Assembly: GCA_017654855.1 (NCBI GenBank) | Contig: CM030337.1 | Span: 2,790,001 to 2,854,000 of the forward strand | Length of the DNA stretch: 64,000 bases | Reading direction: 5' to 3' | Source: Podospora anserina | Lineage: Eukaryota | Shown: positions 23,321 through 35,981 of the stretch, piece by piece | Layout: every line of letters begins with the position of its first letter | How positions within the stretch are numbered: position 1 is the stretch's first letter | Translations under genes and position numbers: made by a program | Notes under the pieces: model-generated | Told to the model about the DNA's origin: nothing | What the model saw: the letters and a program-made list of their open reading frames with translations, nothing else | Databases searched by the model: none

Positions 23321-25334
23321 ATGAAGAAACACCAGATCAGCCTCGAAAACAACCACATCAACGACCGCCTGTTGGACTTGTGCACCTCAACTCAAAGCGT
23401 CTCATCCCTCATTTCTCAAGACCCTACAATAAGTCCTGCGGACGCATGGGAAAAGTTGTATGGCAGAACCGCGCTGGCGAGTGCAGAAAACGAGAAAGAG
23501 CATGCAAATGGAGCAATAGACGGGGATCTGTTGGAGCTGAAGAAGGCCGAGATGTGTGGGAGATGGGGAGACACGAAGCCGAGTGAGCTCTTTTTGAGGG
23601 TAAAGTTCTTCAATGGCAGCGGAAATGCAGGCACAGCTAAACACATGGCAGATCTATCATGATGCACTGTGCACGCTCAACGACGGTCCCTCTCGGGGAA
23701 TAGTCAGTCCTTCGCTGATGGGGTCCCACGGGACCATTCCGCTAACTATCATTTCGACGTACGTCTCACCAGTCCGGAGAATCGATTGAGTGCTGAAAGA
23801 GAATAGCATACCCGACATATGTCGGCACATTGCCAACGTCATCGTGCGAGCCCAAACAGAGGTCTTTCTGGCAACAAACTACTGGCAAAATGGTGCAGCA
23901 TCTGCCTACATCACGGAAGCTATCCGTGAGCTAGACCGCCGTGTAGCTGCCAGGGGTGGCCTAAGGGTAAAGGTCAAGATCATATACGACCGAGGCAGCC
24001 CAAAACAAGTGTTTGAGCCACGTTATTTCGTATCGGAGAAGGACTTTGCCGGACCAAACGTCAACTTGCCTCGACGATCAGAGATCCCGAATCTCGAGAT
24101 GGACGTGGTCAACTACCACCAGCCAGTCATGGGTACCTTCCACGCTAAGTACGTGGTTGTCGACCGCAAGATTGCGCTGCTCCAGAGCAACAATGTCCAG
24201 GACAACGACAACCTGGAGATGATGATCCACCTGGAGGGCCCCGTTGTTGATTCTTTTGTCGATGTCGCCCTGCTCTCCTGGGGCAAGCCCTGGGATGGCT
24301 TCAGTGAAGTTCAAGAAGAGATTGAACAAGCCGATGGAAGCATGGCAGCAGTAGCAAACGGCCGCGCTGTTTTGCCAGATGTCAACACCCTACCTCTCGA
24401 CAACAGCCTCCACACTCCGTCCCGCCCTCACTACGATCCGGATGTCGCCTCCGAAGTCGCCCGCTTCAACACCTTCCTCACCCCGACCACGAACAAAACC
24501 CACCTCGACGCGGTCAACGCCCTGCTCAACCACACCACCAATCCTTCCCTCCGCCCTAACCCAACCCTCAACCCTGATCCTCCCGAGCCTGACCGCTTCA
24601 CGCCTTACATCCCGCATTCCACCTCTCCCTTTCCCATAGCACTAGTCACCCGCTCCCCTTACGGGCCCCCAACCCACCACTCCCTCCCCAATCCCCAAAA
24701 CGCCGCCTGGCTCTCCGCGCTCAAACACGCTAAAAAGACAGTCTTTATCCAATCCCCCACCCTCAACGCGGAACCGCTCATCCCGGCCATCATCGAGGCC
24801 TGCGAGCGCGGGGTGGAGGTGACGTGTTGGATATGTCTGGGGTACAACGACGCGGGTGAGCTCCTGCCCCATCAAGGGGGTCACAACGAAAAGATTGCAA
24901 AGGAGCTGTATGGCTCTTTGTCAGAGGGTGGGAGGGAGAGGTTGAGGTATGGGTGGTATGTGGGGAGGGATCAGACCGTGCCGATTGTGCAGAGCAGGAG
25001 GGGGAGGTCGTGTCACGTCAAGATCATGGTTGTTGATGGGGAGGTGGGCGTGATGGGGAATGGGAATCAGGATACGCAGAGTTGGTTTCATAGTTGTGAG
25101 GTTAATGTTTTGGTTGATAGTAGGGAGGTTTGTGGGGAGTGGGTGAGGGGGTTGGGGAGGAATCAGAATACGGGGGTGTATGGGCGGTTGGATGGGGAGG
25201 AGGGGGTTTGGAGGGATCAGGAGGGGAAAGAGGCGGAGGGGGCGATTGGGCCTGGGGCTGGGGGAGGGGGGATGGGGTGGGTTAGGGGCGTTGTTGGGGC
25301 TGTTAGGAGGGTTAAGGGGACGGGCGGGTTTTAG
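23321..25334 (+). CDS. Phospholipase D-superfamily protein (two HKD motifs)
   Basis: FHAKYVVVD and CHVKIMVVD..GNGNQD motifs; introns 23600-23651 and 23759-23806. Confidence 0.9.
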
Positions 25335-25688
25335 GGGCCGGGGGCGGGGGGTGTTTAGGGAGATGATACTGAAGGGGGTATGGTGAGGAACCGGCAAAGC
25401 ATCGAGATGAAGCAGCTGGTTGGCAAGACAGGACGGCTGCTAGATTTTTTATTTTTTTTTGGATACAATGGCCTCCTCTTCGCGTTTGGTATGTAAGAGC
25501 ATTGCGAAGGTAAAGGGTGAGGGCATTGAATCCCAAGAACACCAAGTTTTCATTGCCGGCCAGTCGCTTCGTCTTGTTCCTTTGTAATTATCCTCCCCAA
25601 GCCCAGAAGTCCATTGCCAGCTCACGATAAAACGAAATGAATATTATTCCTCTCCAAGGACGTAATCCTGAAAGCATAGACAATACCC

Positions 25689-26333
25689 CTACACCACCCG
25701 CAAACCCCTCCCCTCCTCCCCCTCCCCCTGCCCAAACTCCCAACCCTCGGCCCTAAACAACCTCCTACTCAACACCTCCACGGCCCCCAACCTCCAACCC
25801 ACATACCAACTCCCCACCGTCACAACAAACAACCCCCACGAGCAAACATTCTCCAATCCTGAGCTCGCCGCCGCCAGCAAAATCACCGTCTCGTCCGCGG
25901 CCATGATGTAAAAGTATACGGGCTTCCAACCCTGTTCTAGTAGCTCACAGTCCAGGCTGGCGATGCAAAAGTGGACATAACTCGATATTATGATTGCCAG
26001 ACAGGTGATGATCGTGTCGGCTAGTAGGAGGCAGTGGTGGTTGGATAGGGGGCCGGGGATGGGGAGGAGGGAGAGGAAGCTGGGGTGGTAAGTTATGAGG
26101 ATGAGGAGTTGGAGGGTGAAGAGGAGGAGGGCGGTGAGTTGGCGGAGGGAGGTTGGGTAGTCCCAGGTTTCTTGGGGGGTCGTCTCGGGGGGTTGAGCTG
26201 GTGTGACGAGGGGGAGGTTTGTTTCTAGTTTGAGGAGGATTGGGGTTCTGGGTCTGGATGATGGTGGGTGGTTTGATATGGGGAGGAGTGGTGATGATTG
26301 TTGTTGGGCTGAGTCTTCGTCCTTGGTGTCCAT
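25689..26333 (-). CDS. Hypothetical membrane protein (214 aa, ~4 hydrophobic segments)
   Basis: ATG at 26333 in AACATG context; Pro-rich N-terminus followed by hydrophobic helices. Confidence 0.65.
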   Translation of the reverse strand: MDTKDEDSAQQQSSPLLPISNHPPSSRPRTPILLKLETNLPLVTPAQPPETTPQETWDYPTSLRQLTALLLFTLQLLILITYHPSFLSLLPIPGPLSNHHCLLLADTIITCLAIIISSYVHFCIASLDCELLEQGWKPVYFYIMAADETVILLAAASSGLENVCSWGLFVVTVGSWYVGWRLGAVEVLSRRLFRAEGWEFGQGEGEEGRGLRVV

Positions 26334-27520
26334 GTTGGTGATGATGATGGTGTTGATATTACTGGTAAGGTATAAATAAAGAGCGAATAGATAGTTGGTG
26401 GACGGTTTATGAAAATGCAAAGTCAAGCCCAAAACAAAGAAAAAAAATAGGAACCAAAGGGAAGTGGTATGGGAGAGACGGCATTGATATATAGGGTGAT
26501 GCGGCCATGCTTAGAACTTTTGCGTGATGAAAAGCGACCATATAAGGGTTCAGCTCGGACAACACGCCCTGCGTTAATGCCAGAAAGGGATGATATCAGG
26601 GTCCAAATAGGGGCTACTCAAATAAAACGATAATAATTGACAACGCCTCCCTGCAGATCCACCACTGGCTTTGCTTCTGACAGACTCGGCTGGCATTCTG
26701 TTTCATGCAGTGTGGAACAGGTGGCACGAATACGTTGGGAAGAAGAAGAAGAAGAAGAAGAAGAACAAAGAAGAAGCTCTCTCGCGCTCGCTCTCATCCG
26801 TGTGTACTTGGCGGGTGGTGTGTGTTGGCTCTGCGAAGGATTATGCCAAGACAGGGGTTTTTTTGGGGCCCAAAGTGAAGCCCAGGCAAGGGTTGATGGT
26901 GGCTGTGGCTGTGGAGGTAATGCGGCTGGATTAATTGTGATTCTGACTTGAGCATACGGATAACCGCCTGTGCCGTTGGATCGCATTGTGATATCGTGGG
27001 AGTTGTTGGGCTTGTCGGGTTTGCAATCTGGCCATGGTCAGCGTGACATGTTCTAGAACATGGCTAACTTGGTCAGGTAGCTAGCTCCCTGAGTGACAGC
27101 GGGGGTGCGGGGGATGTTTAGGGGACGAGCAGTGTCAATCGAAAATCAGAACAGCTGGGTATCGAGCATAAAGTTGTTGTAGTGGAGAATCCCTTCGTGC
27201 AGGTGGTCGTGGTGGGTGGGCGATCAAGAAGTGGGGCTGGAGCGCGTCACCACGCGACAAAAGCTTATCTTATCGAGCACGTCGTCGCCGCAATTGTTGC
27301 ATCTGGCTTCAACCGCAAGCTCCTACAAGGCCATTGTCCAAAGGCCATTCCATCGTCAAAATCTGTCGCAACTGCCATACGTGACCAAAGGCAGCCTCCT
27401 CTTGTCCCGGAGCCTGTGCAAATCCCCTTCCAGACAAACCTTTCTCTGCGTGGCTCCTCACCTCGACCTTGAACCTCGACCGCCTCTCCGCCCCCGCATG
27501 ACGACGGTATCACGGCCCCG

Positions 27521-29013
27521 ATGGCACCATCCGCGGCGAACCCGACGGCTCCGGCCACTAACGGACAGTCCGCCGCCCCCGCCGACGATGTCCCGATAGG
27601 ACCTGTCACCGGCCTGTCTGGGATGGCCACCCAGTACATCTCGGAGCAGACACTACAACAGAGGCTCAAGGCCATAGCGTACGAAGAGGCAAAGGACGAC
27701 CATTATAGGATAAGAGGCGTCCAATTGATTGACAACGTCCGCGAGGCACTGCAATTGTACGGCCACCATTGCTTTCCGTGACCAAGTTCAAGACGCTGAC
27801 GCGCTGCTAGACCCATCAAGACATTCGATACCGCAGCGATATACTACCACCGATTTCGGATCAGGTTTCCAAGTAGCGAATACAACTATGAAGATGTTGC
27901 ACTTGCCGCTTTGTTTGTGGCCTGCAAGTCTGAGGATACCATCAAAAAGTCACGAGATATTCTCTGCGCTGCCCATAACCTACGGTCACCCCACGACAAG
28001 AAGACACCCGATGACAAGGTAAGGATGTTCTTCGTCCATCCACTTTCTGAAATCTGTCCTGACAGCCAACGCAGCAATTTGACGCCCCCTCCAAGTTCAC
28101 GATAGGACTTGAACGCCACATTCTCGAAACCATCGGCTTCGACTTTCGAGCGCCATACCCGCAGAAGTTGTTGATCAAGATGGCCAAGAAGCTGGTACCG
28201 GAAGGGGAGCGCAACATGAAGTTTCCACGGGGAGAATGGAGCACGCTCACTTCATCGGAAAAACTACTACATACGGCCTACGACATGTCCATTGACATTT
28301 ACAAGACCTTCGTGCCCATCAAGCAGACAGCCCTCACCATGGTGTTGTCTATTGTGAGACTCACGGCCATGTTGATGGCACAAAGGTTGGAGCCGCCGAG
28401 GTTCAAAACGAAGGTGGCATCGCGTACGCAAGAAGCGTGTGTGTATGAGACGATGTTGGATCTTATGGATCTGTACACCACCCACCCACGTTCCACCAAG
28501 GTCGGACTCAACTACGAGCTTCAGCACCTGATGGATGTCAAGATCGAGATCAACAAGAGAATGACAGCCGAAGGCTTTCAGCGATACAACGCCATGTGCA
28601 AAAAGTGCACCGATCAACCTGACAACCGTTCTGTCACGCCGGGGTCCGTAACCTCGCCAGCAACTAACATGTCCGGGACCGGGGGGACCTCAGTTAAGCG
28701 CAAGAGGGCGAACAGCGAAGGCACCCTGCGCTTCGTGTTTGACGCGGGAGCTGCCCGCCAGGAACGAAATCTGGCTGCGACATATTTCAACGACGAATAC
28801 GAGGAGTACGAGGTGGAGGTGGAAGAAGAGATCAAGGTCCCACCAACTGACCCTCGGCATAACGCGGGTGGCGGACGGGGCAGCCATCACGGGCACCACG
28901 GTGGCCACCACAACAATCGACACGACTACGGCTACCACAACAGAGGCGGTAGGCATCCATATCACGATAACCGACACAGGGGCAACCGGCGAGGAGGCGC
29001 TGGGATGAACTAG
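27521..29013 (+). CDS. CTK2: Transcriptional cyclin, CTD-kinase subunit beta (Ctk2/cyclin K-like)
   Basis: Introns 27757-27810 and 28019-28074; cyclin box IDNVREALQLPIKTFDTAAIYYHRF, ALFVACKSEDTIKK and ERHILETIGFDF. Confidence 0.85.
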
Positions 29014-29787
29014 AGGTCTGCGCCGAGGTCGGGCTAGGCGTCTCCTCCGGGTATTGGACACGGCCAGCCGACACTGGACCAGCCTTTCCCTCCTGGGCCT
29101 CAGTTCACGTTGTCTATTCGGCCAAAGCCATCTGAAAAGCCCAAAGAACCTGTGCCTGAAACGCCGAAAGAACCCGCGCCTGGAAAGCCCAAAGAATCAA
29201 TACCCAAACAGGCCAAAGAACAACTGACAACACCTCAAAAGAGAGTTGTCCCTGACGAAGCCGATAAGCCAGGCTCGCCGAGTGCAAAGCGCCCTGCCGT
29301 GACACACACTGCTGCTGTGTACCGTGCCGTGCCGCAGCCCTACGGTCATGCCCATCCCAAGCAGCCTGTGGCTCAGGATCCCTACCACGTCACGTATTCC
29401 GCCGGCGGTGGGCCATCGGGGTATGCGCATCTGGGGAGAGTGGTGCCTCAAGCATTCTTCAACAGGCTCAGGGGCCGGCGTTTCGTAAGAGACAGGACCC
29501 ATCCGTGGCAAGACCCCAGTAGTGCCACGACAGGGCGGACAAGAAGTGGATATGTAGGAAGGAACGAGTTGCCTCCTTGGAGGCGAGATGGTAGTCTTGT
29601 GCCTGCGGCGGAGGTGCAGGGTCAACAGCAGGGCAGCGCGTCGGGTGAGACGGAAGGTCCACCACAACAGACCGATGCGCCGGACGAGAAGCAGGAGGGC
29701 GCTATCAAGGATGAGGAAGAAGGTGCAGCAGCACAGGACCAGGAGCAGAAGAAAGACACAGCAGAAGATGAGAAGCCCGAGGGATAG
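29014..29787 (+). other. Long in-frame extension downstream of the cyclin stop (one more TAG at 29035-29037; no ATG of its own)
   Basis: Same frame as the cyclin; about 250 open codons with low-complexity, protein-like P/K/E composition. Confidence 0.7.
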
Positions 29788-30078
29788 AAAGAGATGTTGT
29801 CATGCTGGGTGTGTTATTGGTGTTTGGAGTCTACGGGAGTTCTGATCAGCGGATGATGATTGATACCCAAAAATACACCACAAGACGGTGAGGCGGCTCG
29901 ATGTGCAGGTTTTGGAAAAGAGGCAAGGCATTGCTGCTGCTAAAAGTGTATAAATTCTAGATGAAGACTTTGGGGGGGTCGTTCGTTCCCGAAAGCGAGA
30001 AAATAGTACCCAACCTACCAACCAACGCCATGCTAAACATGAGAGCGTATGCAAATGCTTTTTTTTTTCTAAAGGGGG

Positions 30079-32035
30079 TCAAGTATCCTCCTCCCCCCGC
30101 CTCATCAACGCTTCCCTCAGCAGTTGCCTATGCTCCTTTATCACCTCATCCGCCTCCTTTGTCCGTCCCTGCACCCTGAGGCATTGATCAAGCGCGAGGA
30201 GCCCATCAGAAAGGTGGACGTCCTCCCCGTGCTCTTTCCAGCTTATGCGGCCACGTTTTATCACCTGTCGGAGGATCCCCTCGGCGGCTCGTACATCCCC
30301 CATGGCCATCTTTATGGAGCCGTACAAGAGATTGAACGACTCGGAGGCCTCCTGGACTTTGTTGACCTCTTTTAGTTTTATCGGATCGAGGAGGATGGGC
30401 TCGAGGAGGGAGGAGGCGGAGGTTAGATCGCCTAGGGTGAAGTAATGGGATGCCAGCCAGGCGCGGACGTCCATTTCCCTGCCGTCGAACACGTCAGGGA
30501 GGGAGGAGGTTACCCGAGTAAAAAGGGAGTGGAATTTGGGGGTGAGGAGGGTGGAGGAGGAGGGATGGTGGGGGGGGAGGGAGGTGAAGATGGAGAGGTT
30601 GGACAGTTCTATTGTTCTTTTGTGGAGGGGGGAGTAGTGGGAGGAAAAAAGGGAGACGGCGAGGGAGATGAGGGAGGAGAGGTGGGTGTGGTTGATTAGG
30701 GGGGACTTGTCATCGTTGTCTGGTGATGGTGAGGAGGGGGGCGAAAACAGGAGGGATTTCCCGTTGGAGTAGAGGACTTTCCAGAGCTGGGCAGTGGGGT
30801 GGGGGATGGCGCCGTTTTGGAGGCGGACGGTTTCGGTCAGTTCGAAGAGGTGTTTGAGGAGGTAGGTTTCCAGCCGTTGGAAGCTTGGGTCGGGTATGGA
30901 GCGGAAGAGGGTGAGAGCGTGCATTACCCAGAAGAAGAGGAGGGGGGATTCTCGACCGCTGGAGAGGGTGGAGGTGAGCTCGGCGAAGGTGATGCGGATT
31001 ACTTTTATTGACTGGGCGCGGTTGTCGGGGTGGGAGGTGTCGTGGAACAGACGGACGGCGGTCATTAGCCGGCGCCAGATCTCGAAGCCGCGGCGGACGC
31101 CGGTGTGGGTTGCCATCACGGCTTTGTCGTTGCGGGCTTGGTCTGGGGAGGTGGTGTCTTCGAGGAAGGACCAGCGGTTGGAGGTGAAGGATGCCGTGAA
31201 GTAATCCCTCACGGCGCGGTACATGTTCTCGGTTGACTGGAGGGTGTCGGGTGCCTGGAGGTTTCGAGGGGAGGGTGATCGGGAGAGGGACAAGGCGGTG
31301 GAGGTGGATGGGGGGGAGCTGGCGGTTTGCTTTCGGGATTTATGTTGTCGGAGGAGGTACCGTCGTTCGTCGTCCGTCATGAGCGACAAATCGATCCATT
31401 TGCCGTTTACTAGCAATAAACCTCTCCGTCGCTGTACATAAGGGACAGCATGCTGTTCATGATGGTGCGATGGAATAATCTCCTCGACATCATCTTCCTG
31501 AAGTTCGGGTTCGGGTTCGGGTTGGGCATGCTGACTGGCGTCTCCTGCTACGGGCCGCATCGGCATCGGCATCGGCAAGGGTTGCTTCAGCTTCGGCTTC
31601 CTTGGCCTGTTAGCCAAAACGCTGTCCGATCTCTTACGTTTCCCGAGGCCCCATCGTTTAAATCGTGCTCTGTACATTTTGTTCCTGCGGGTTTTGGTTT
31701 TGCTCGTCAGCAAACCCCCATCCCCTGCGCGAGTGGCCGACTTACGTGGCAAGGAAGCCATATCGAACCTCCATCGTCTGCATCAGCTGCGATAGGGTTT
31801 CACGATGGTACAGCTGGGTGATTATTTCCCTGTGCTTGTTGAAGTCCTCCTCGGTCGCCCATTTCTTCGTTCCGGTACTACTGCCTCCTCCTCCTCCTCC
31901 TCCTCTTCCTCCTCTTCCTCCTTCTTCTTCTCCTTCTCCTCCTGTCAGGCCTGTGATGCCGCTAGCCGGTGGTGCAGCTTCCCGTTCGACTGCCACGGTT
32001 GAAGGCCCGGGGCCAGCTCCGTCGCTTGCCACCAT
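30079..32035 (-). CDS. Clr5-domain protein
   Basis: WATEEDFNKHREIITQLY..LSQLMQTMEVRYGFLAT spliced (intron about 31687-31745) to KMYRARFKRWGLGK; helical C-terminus. Confidence 0.85.
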
Positions 32036-32478
32036 ACTATTTTCCCCGCCCAGACGGATGTTCCCGTGATACTTTTGCAAAAAACCCGGAGTACTGACCA
32101 GTGGTTTGTACACGGTTTGCTATAACGGAACGACGCGGGCGCTCCAGGTGCAAAAGAGGATCGTGGATTTTTATTCAGGAACAGCTACCGGCGGCGAAGG
32201 AGATGCGGAGAAGGATAGGATAGGATGGGCTGCCTGGTTGGTGGTGGTGGTCGTGTGGAAAAGGGTAGTGGAAAGTGTCCAAGTTCTGGGAGAAGCTGAT
32301 GGTGGGACGACAAACGCGGGATGGAAGCGACGGCATGCAGCACACCCCCTCAGGTCCGGGGGACTGCCAGGCCCTTTCAAATCATGCAAGATGCCGAGAA
32401 ATAAGGGCACATGGCAAGACCCGTGGACATGGCAGCGGGTTGCTGGGAGAAGCGCTTCGGCAACGGGAGAGGCGCTGT

Positions 32479-32549
32479 TGCGCGTGCGTGCGTGCGTGTG
32501 TGCGTGTGTGTGTGTGTGTGTGTATGTGTGTGTGTGTATGTGTGTGTGT
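32479..32549. repeat. Alternating purine-pyrimidine (TG/CG/TA)n microsatellite
   Basis: About 70 bp of uninterrupted RY alternation. Confidence 0.95.
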
Positions 32550-32666
32550 TGTGCGACAGGGGCGTGGGAGTGGTGTGCATAAAATGTTCGGGTGGGATCC
32601 AATCAGCGGCGTGCCATCCCGCATGGTTGTTGGCTGGCTGCTGGTGACGACGACCCAGCAGCAGCT

Positions 32667-32689
32667 CACACACACACACACACACACAC
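32667..32689. repeat. (CA)n microsatellite
   Basis: Direct reading. Confidence 0.95.
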
Positions 32690-33626
32690 CCACGGCAATG
32701 CAAGAAGATATGTCCGAAGAGCCTGTTGCGTCAGAACGTAAAGGGGGTCAAGCTTGGGGAGATTGGATGGTGGCTTGGGGTAGGTAGCCAGCAGTGGTGG
32801 TGATGAGTTGTGGTCTTGGGAGGTGCGGTTGATGTAAGCTTCTTGGCAGTGAGTTTTCAAGATGATGTTGGCGGCCGATCTGACTGAGTCGGCGAGCAGG
32901 AAAGACAATTCAACTCGCTAATGCTTTTATGGAAGGTGTCTGCGTCTTGTGCGTTACGTTCCGGCGCCCCTGTTTGCCGATTCTGACTGTTCTGCCGCCA
33001 ACAGACTCGACCATGTTGCTGCCGTACCACCGGGGGGTATATCTGAGGAAATAATTTTGTGACAGCTAAGGATGGTTTTTTCTGTTTTTGACTATTGTAA
33101 CCGAAGTTCATTATGCTCGGCACCTGTCTTTGGATGTCTGGTGATGTCAGATTGCCATACGTGGCATGAGAGAATGCTGTTTATTACCATGCCATCACAG
33201 CTTCTATGGCAGTGAGGAAGGCATTGATTGTGGTCTATATACTGACCAAAGGTAAGCGATAACCCATATCCCCAGCAAAAGCAAAGAGAAGCATTCAAAC
33301 TTTCCACAGCTAAAGTAATTAAAGGTGACAGCGCAGAAGAAACGAATCGGGTATCATTGGCGCGCACTCTCGCGCTGCACATGGCTCAAAGGACCAGAGC
33401 AAACCATCCCCAACTCCGCTCATAACGACACCCCCAGATTCCGCAAAGACAGACCCCAGACTCGGAAAAGAAAACTTCTCCCGGGCCAAACCCGCCGCGC
33501 CTAGACTACCTCATCGGCCTTGTCACTCTCCACGTTCGAACCCTTCTCCTGCTCCTGTCGCTCCTCGGTATCGGTTCTCCGGTGCTCCTCGGCAACATTG
33601 TTCTGCTCCTCGGTATCCTTGTCCTC

Positions 33627-34695
33627 CTACTCATCAGCAGCATCCTTGCTCTGCTGCTCGCCGGCATCCTTCTCCCCATCCTCAACCTCAACCACCTCCT
33701 TCTCGACCAGATCGACAACTTTGTCCGTGGCACGACCGGGTGCAACTGGACGAGCCGGAGCAGTCTCGGGAAGAGCAAGACCAAACACGGCGTAGCCAAA
33801 CTCGTCCAAATCCTCCACCATCAAAGCGCACCAAGATTCCTGCTCGACGCTGATCTCGGCCTCGGTGCGGGCGACGTACACGAGAGGGTAATTCCACGTC
33901 TCGGAATTCTCTCCCTTCTCACGATGGGATTCGAGCTGCTTGATGGTGCCCTCGATCAACATCATCTCTTCGCGCTTGAGTTTGTTGCTGTCGTCTCCTG
34001 TGTGCGGGAATTCAGTTGGCCGCTGAAGGGGAGAAAAAGGAAATCGGAATGGCTTACCCTCCACTTTGAGTCCCTTGTCCTTGAGGTACTCATCATACGC
34101 CTCGATAATGTCCTTGGTCTCGATGGGACGGGGCGGAGCTGTGACACCGCGGCTGATCCAGGCGTTTTCATTGTCGATGTAGATGTCAAAGATGTCGACG
34201 GTTCCCAACCGGAGCAGGGCATCGACTATCAAGGGGCTGTTGTCACTGTAGAGAACGAGGACGAAGCCCTCCTCCTTGGCGGCGCGGAGAACACGGACTG
34301 AGTCGCTGAAATAGGCAAGCTGCTCGACGGCGTTGGCTTTGCCGTAGGCTTTCATGTAGGCCTCCTCGGAAGCCTTTTGCTTGGCGCGGTACTCTTTCTT
34401 GGGGATGCCGAGGTGGGCGAGCATGTCAGGCCTGCGGGAGAGGTCTGGTTAGAGAGTGCAGAAAAGCGAGAAGATTTTTTGCGACTCACCAGGCACCGCT
34501 GTAGGAGTACGCCTCCATGATCTCGTCTTGGGTGGGCATCGGGTGGGTGGGAAAGACCTTCTGGAAGACCTTGTGCATGGCGTGGCAGATGCCAGTGCGG
34601 TTCTCGAGAATGGCGCTGGCGTCGAACACGAGGGCTTTGGGACGGACACCCTCGTATTTGGGGATCTCGTCCACCTTGTCGAAGGAGCGCTTCAT
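33627..34695 (-). CDS. Divergent HAD-like-fold protein with acidic tail
   Basis: Intron 34432-34489 joins ORF 34486-34695 to ORF 33627-34424, with a probable second in-frame intron near 33998-34057. KALVFDASAIL is a degenerate HAD motif I; also VLVLYSDN and MMLIEG. 5' end uncertain. Confidence 0.65.
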
Positions 34696-35981
34696 TGGGG
34701 CCCGTTCACCTGGTTGAAAGTGTTAGTTGGTAGGGAAAGGTTCTGGGGAGAGGTGAGAGGTGAGAGGCGTTCAGGGAGGTCAAGATGTTGTGGAAGGTGA
34801 AGGGAATTGCGAGAGGCGAAGAAATTTGTAGATGGGCAAGAGGCTCTGGAAGGTAGGATATGTAGCCCACCGGGCCACATGGCTGGAGGAGTAGGGTATT
34901 GTTGGAGATGGGACGAAAGGAAGGCCCTGAGTGAGATCGGACGAAAAGAAATGGTCTCTGGGCTGGGTGATGTGAGTTGCAAAGACAAGAGTCTCAAGGA
35001 TGATGGGACAAAGAGATGGACCCGAAGCACCGCCTCCTGGCCCTCATGGACTCGTCCCAGAGCCTTCTCGTGCTCCTGGAATCTGTCCATGAGAGCCTCG
35101 AGGTGCTCGAGAGCCGGCTCGGAGCCGGGCTCGAACTTGAACCTCGACGCGTTCGCTCATGGTGGTGATGGCTTGGGAACGAAGAGGGTGGAAAGGGAAG
35201 TGTGAATCTGGAGGTGGGTTTTGTGGGCTAAAGGAGGAATAGATGGAAGTGCGGCTTGTGTGTGCGATTGGGACTATGGGCGGCTTGGGTATCAAGGCAA
35301 TGAGGCTGCGATGTCAACTTACCAACGTTGTCGTCGTCGGTGATCACGAACTCACCGCTGATGTGCTGCGGCTTGGTGGGAGACATCTCGGCGTTTTGCC
35401 AGCCGACAGGGTGATTGTGGTTGGTGTTGAAGGAATAGGAGGCGGGGCTAAAGAGTTATTTCGACCGTCGACGGTGGAAATACTTATAATAGCCTGGCAT
35501 ATCGTGGTGAGTGAAAAGGCAAGAACCTGACAATAGGTGGCCTTGGTATTCACATTTGTGGGCTCTCATTCAGTCTGGTACCACAATAACAGCATTGTGC
35601 AACTCCTTATCTTGCTCTTCATTCTGATAGCTTCTTTCAGCCTGTGCTTGAGCCATTATTCCTATTTACTTGAGTGATTGTTTCCTATATCGCTCCTCGA
35701 TCTTGAAATTGACCCTAACCCTGAGAAGGCTGGTTGGATCCCAGCAAATTCAGATCAAGTCGGGTTTCGCGGCATTTCTTGGTCCCAACACTTGACATGA
35801 TCTATTTTCAGCATCAGTGTCAAATTTGATCAATATTCTTGATTCATGAGCTGAAGTTTCATGAAATATACCACACAGCCAACAGAATCATTTGGTATCT
35901 TCAGGTTTCGACTTCAGGTCGGTTCCTCCACTTCAGAGCTTGACTCATGTAGCTCTTTCAACTGACAAAGCCATAGGCATC

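Noticed and set aside
32106..32787. Several ORFs with CVCV/THTH runs
   Set aside because: Artefacts of translating the microsatellites.
35712..35722. CCCTAACCCT telomere-like motif (similar near 5283)
   Set aside because: Fewer than two full units; expected by chance.
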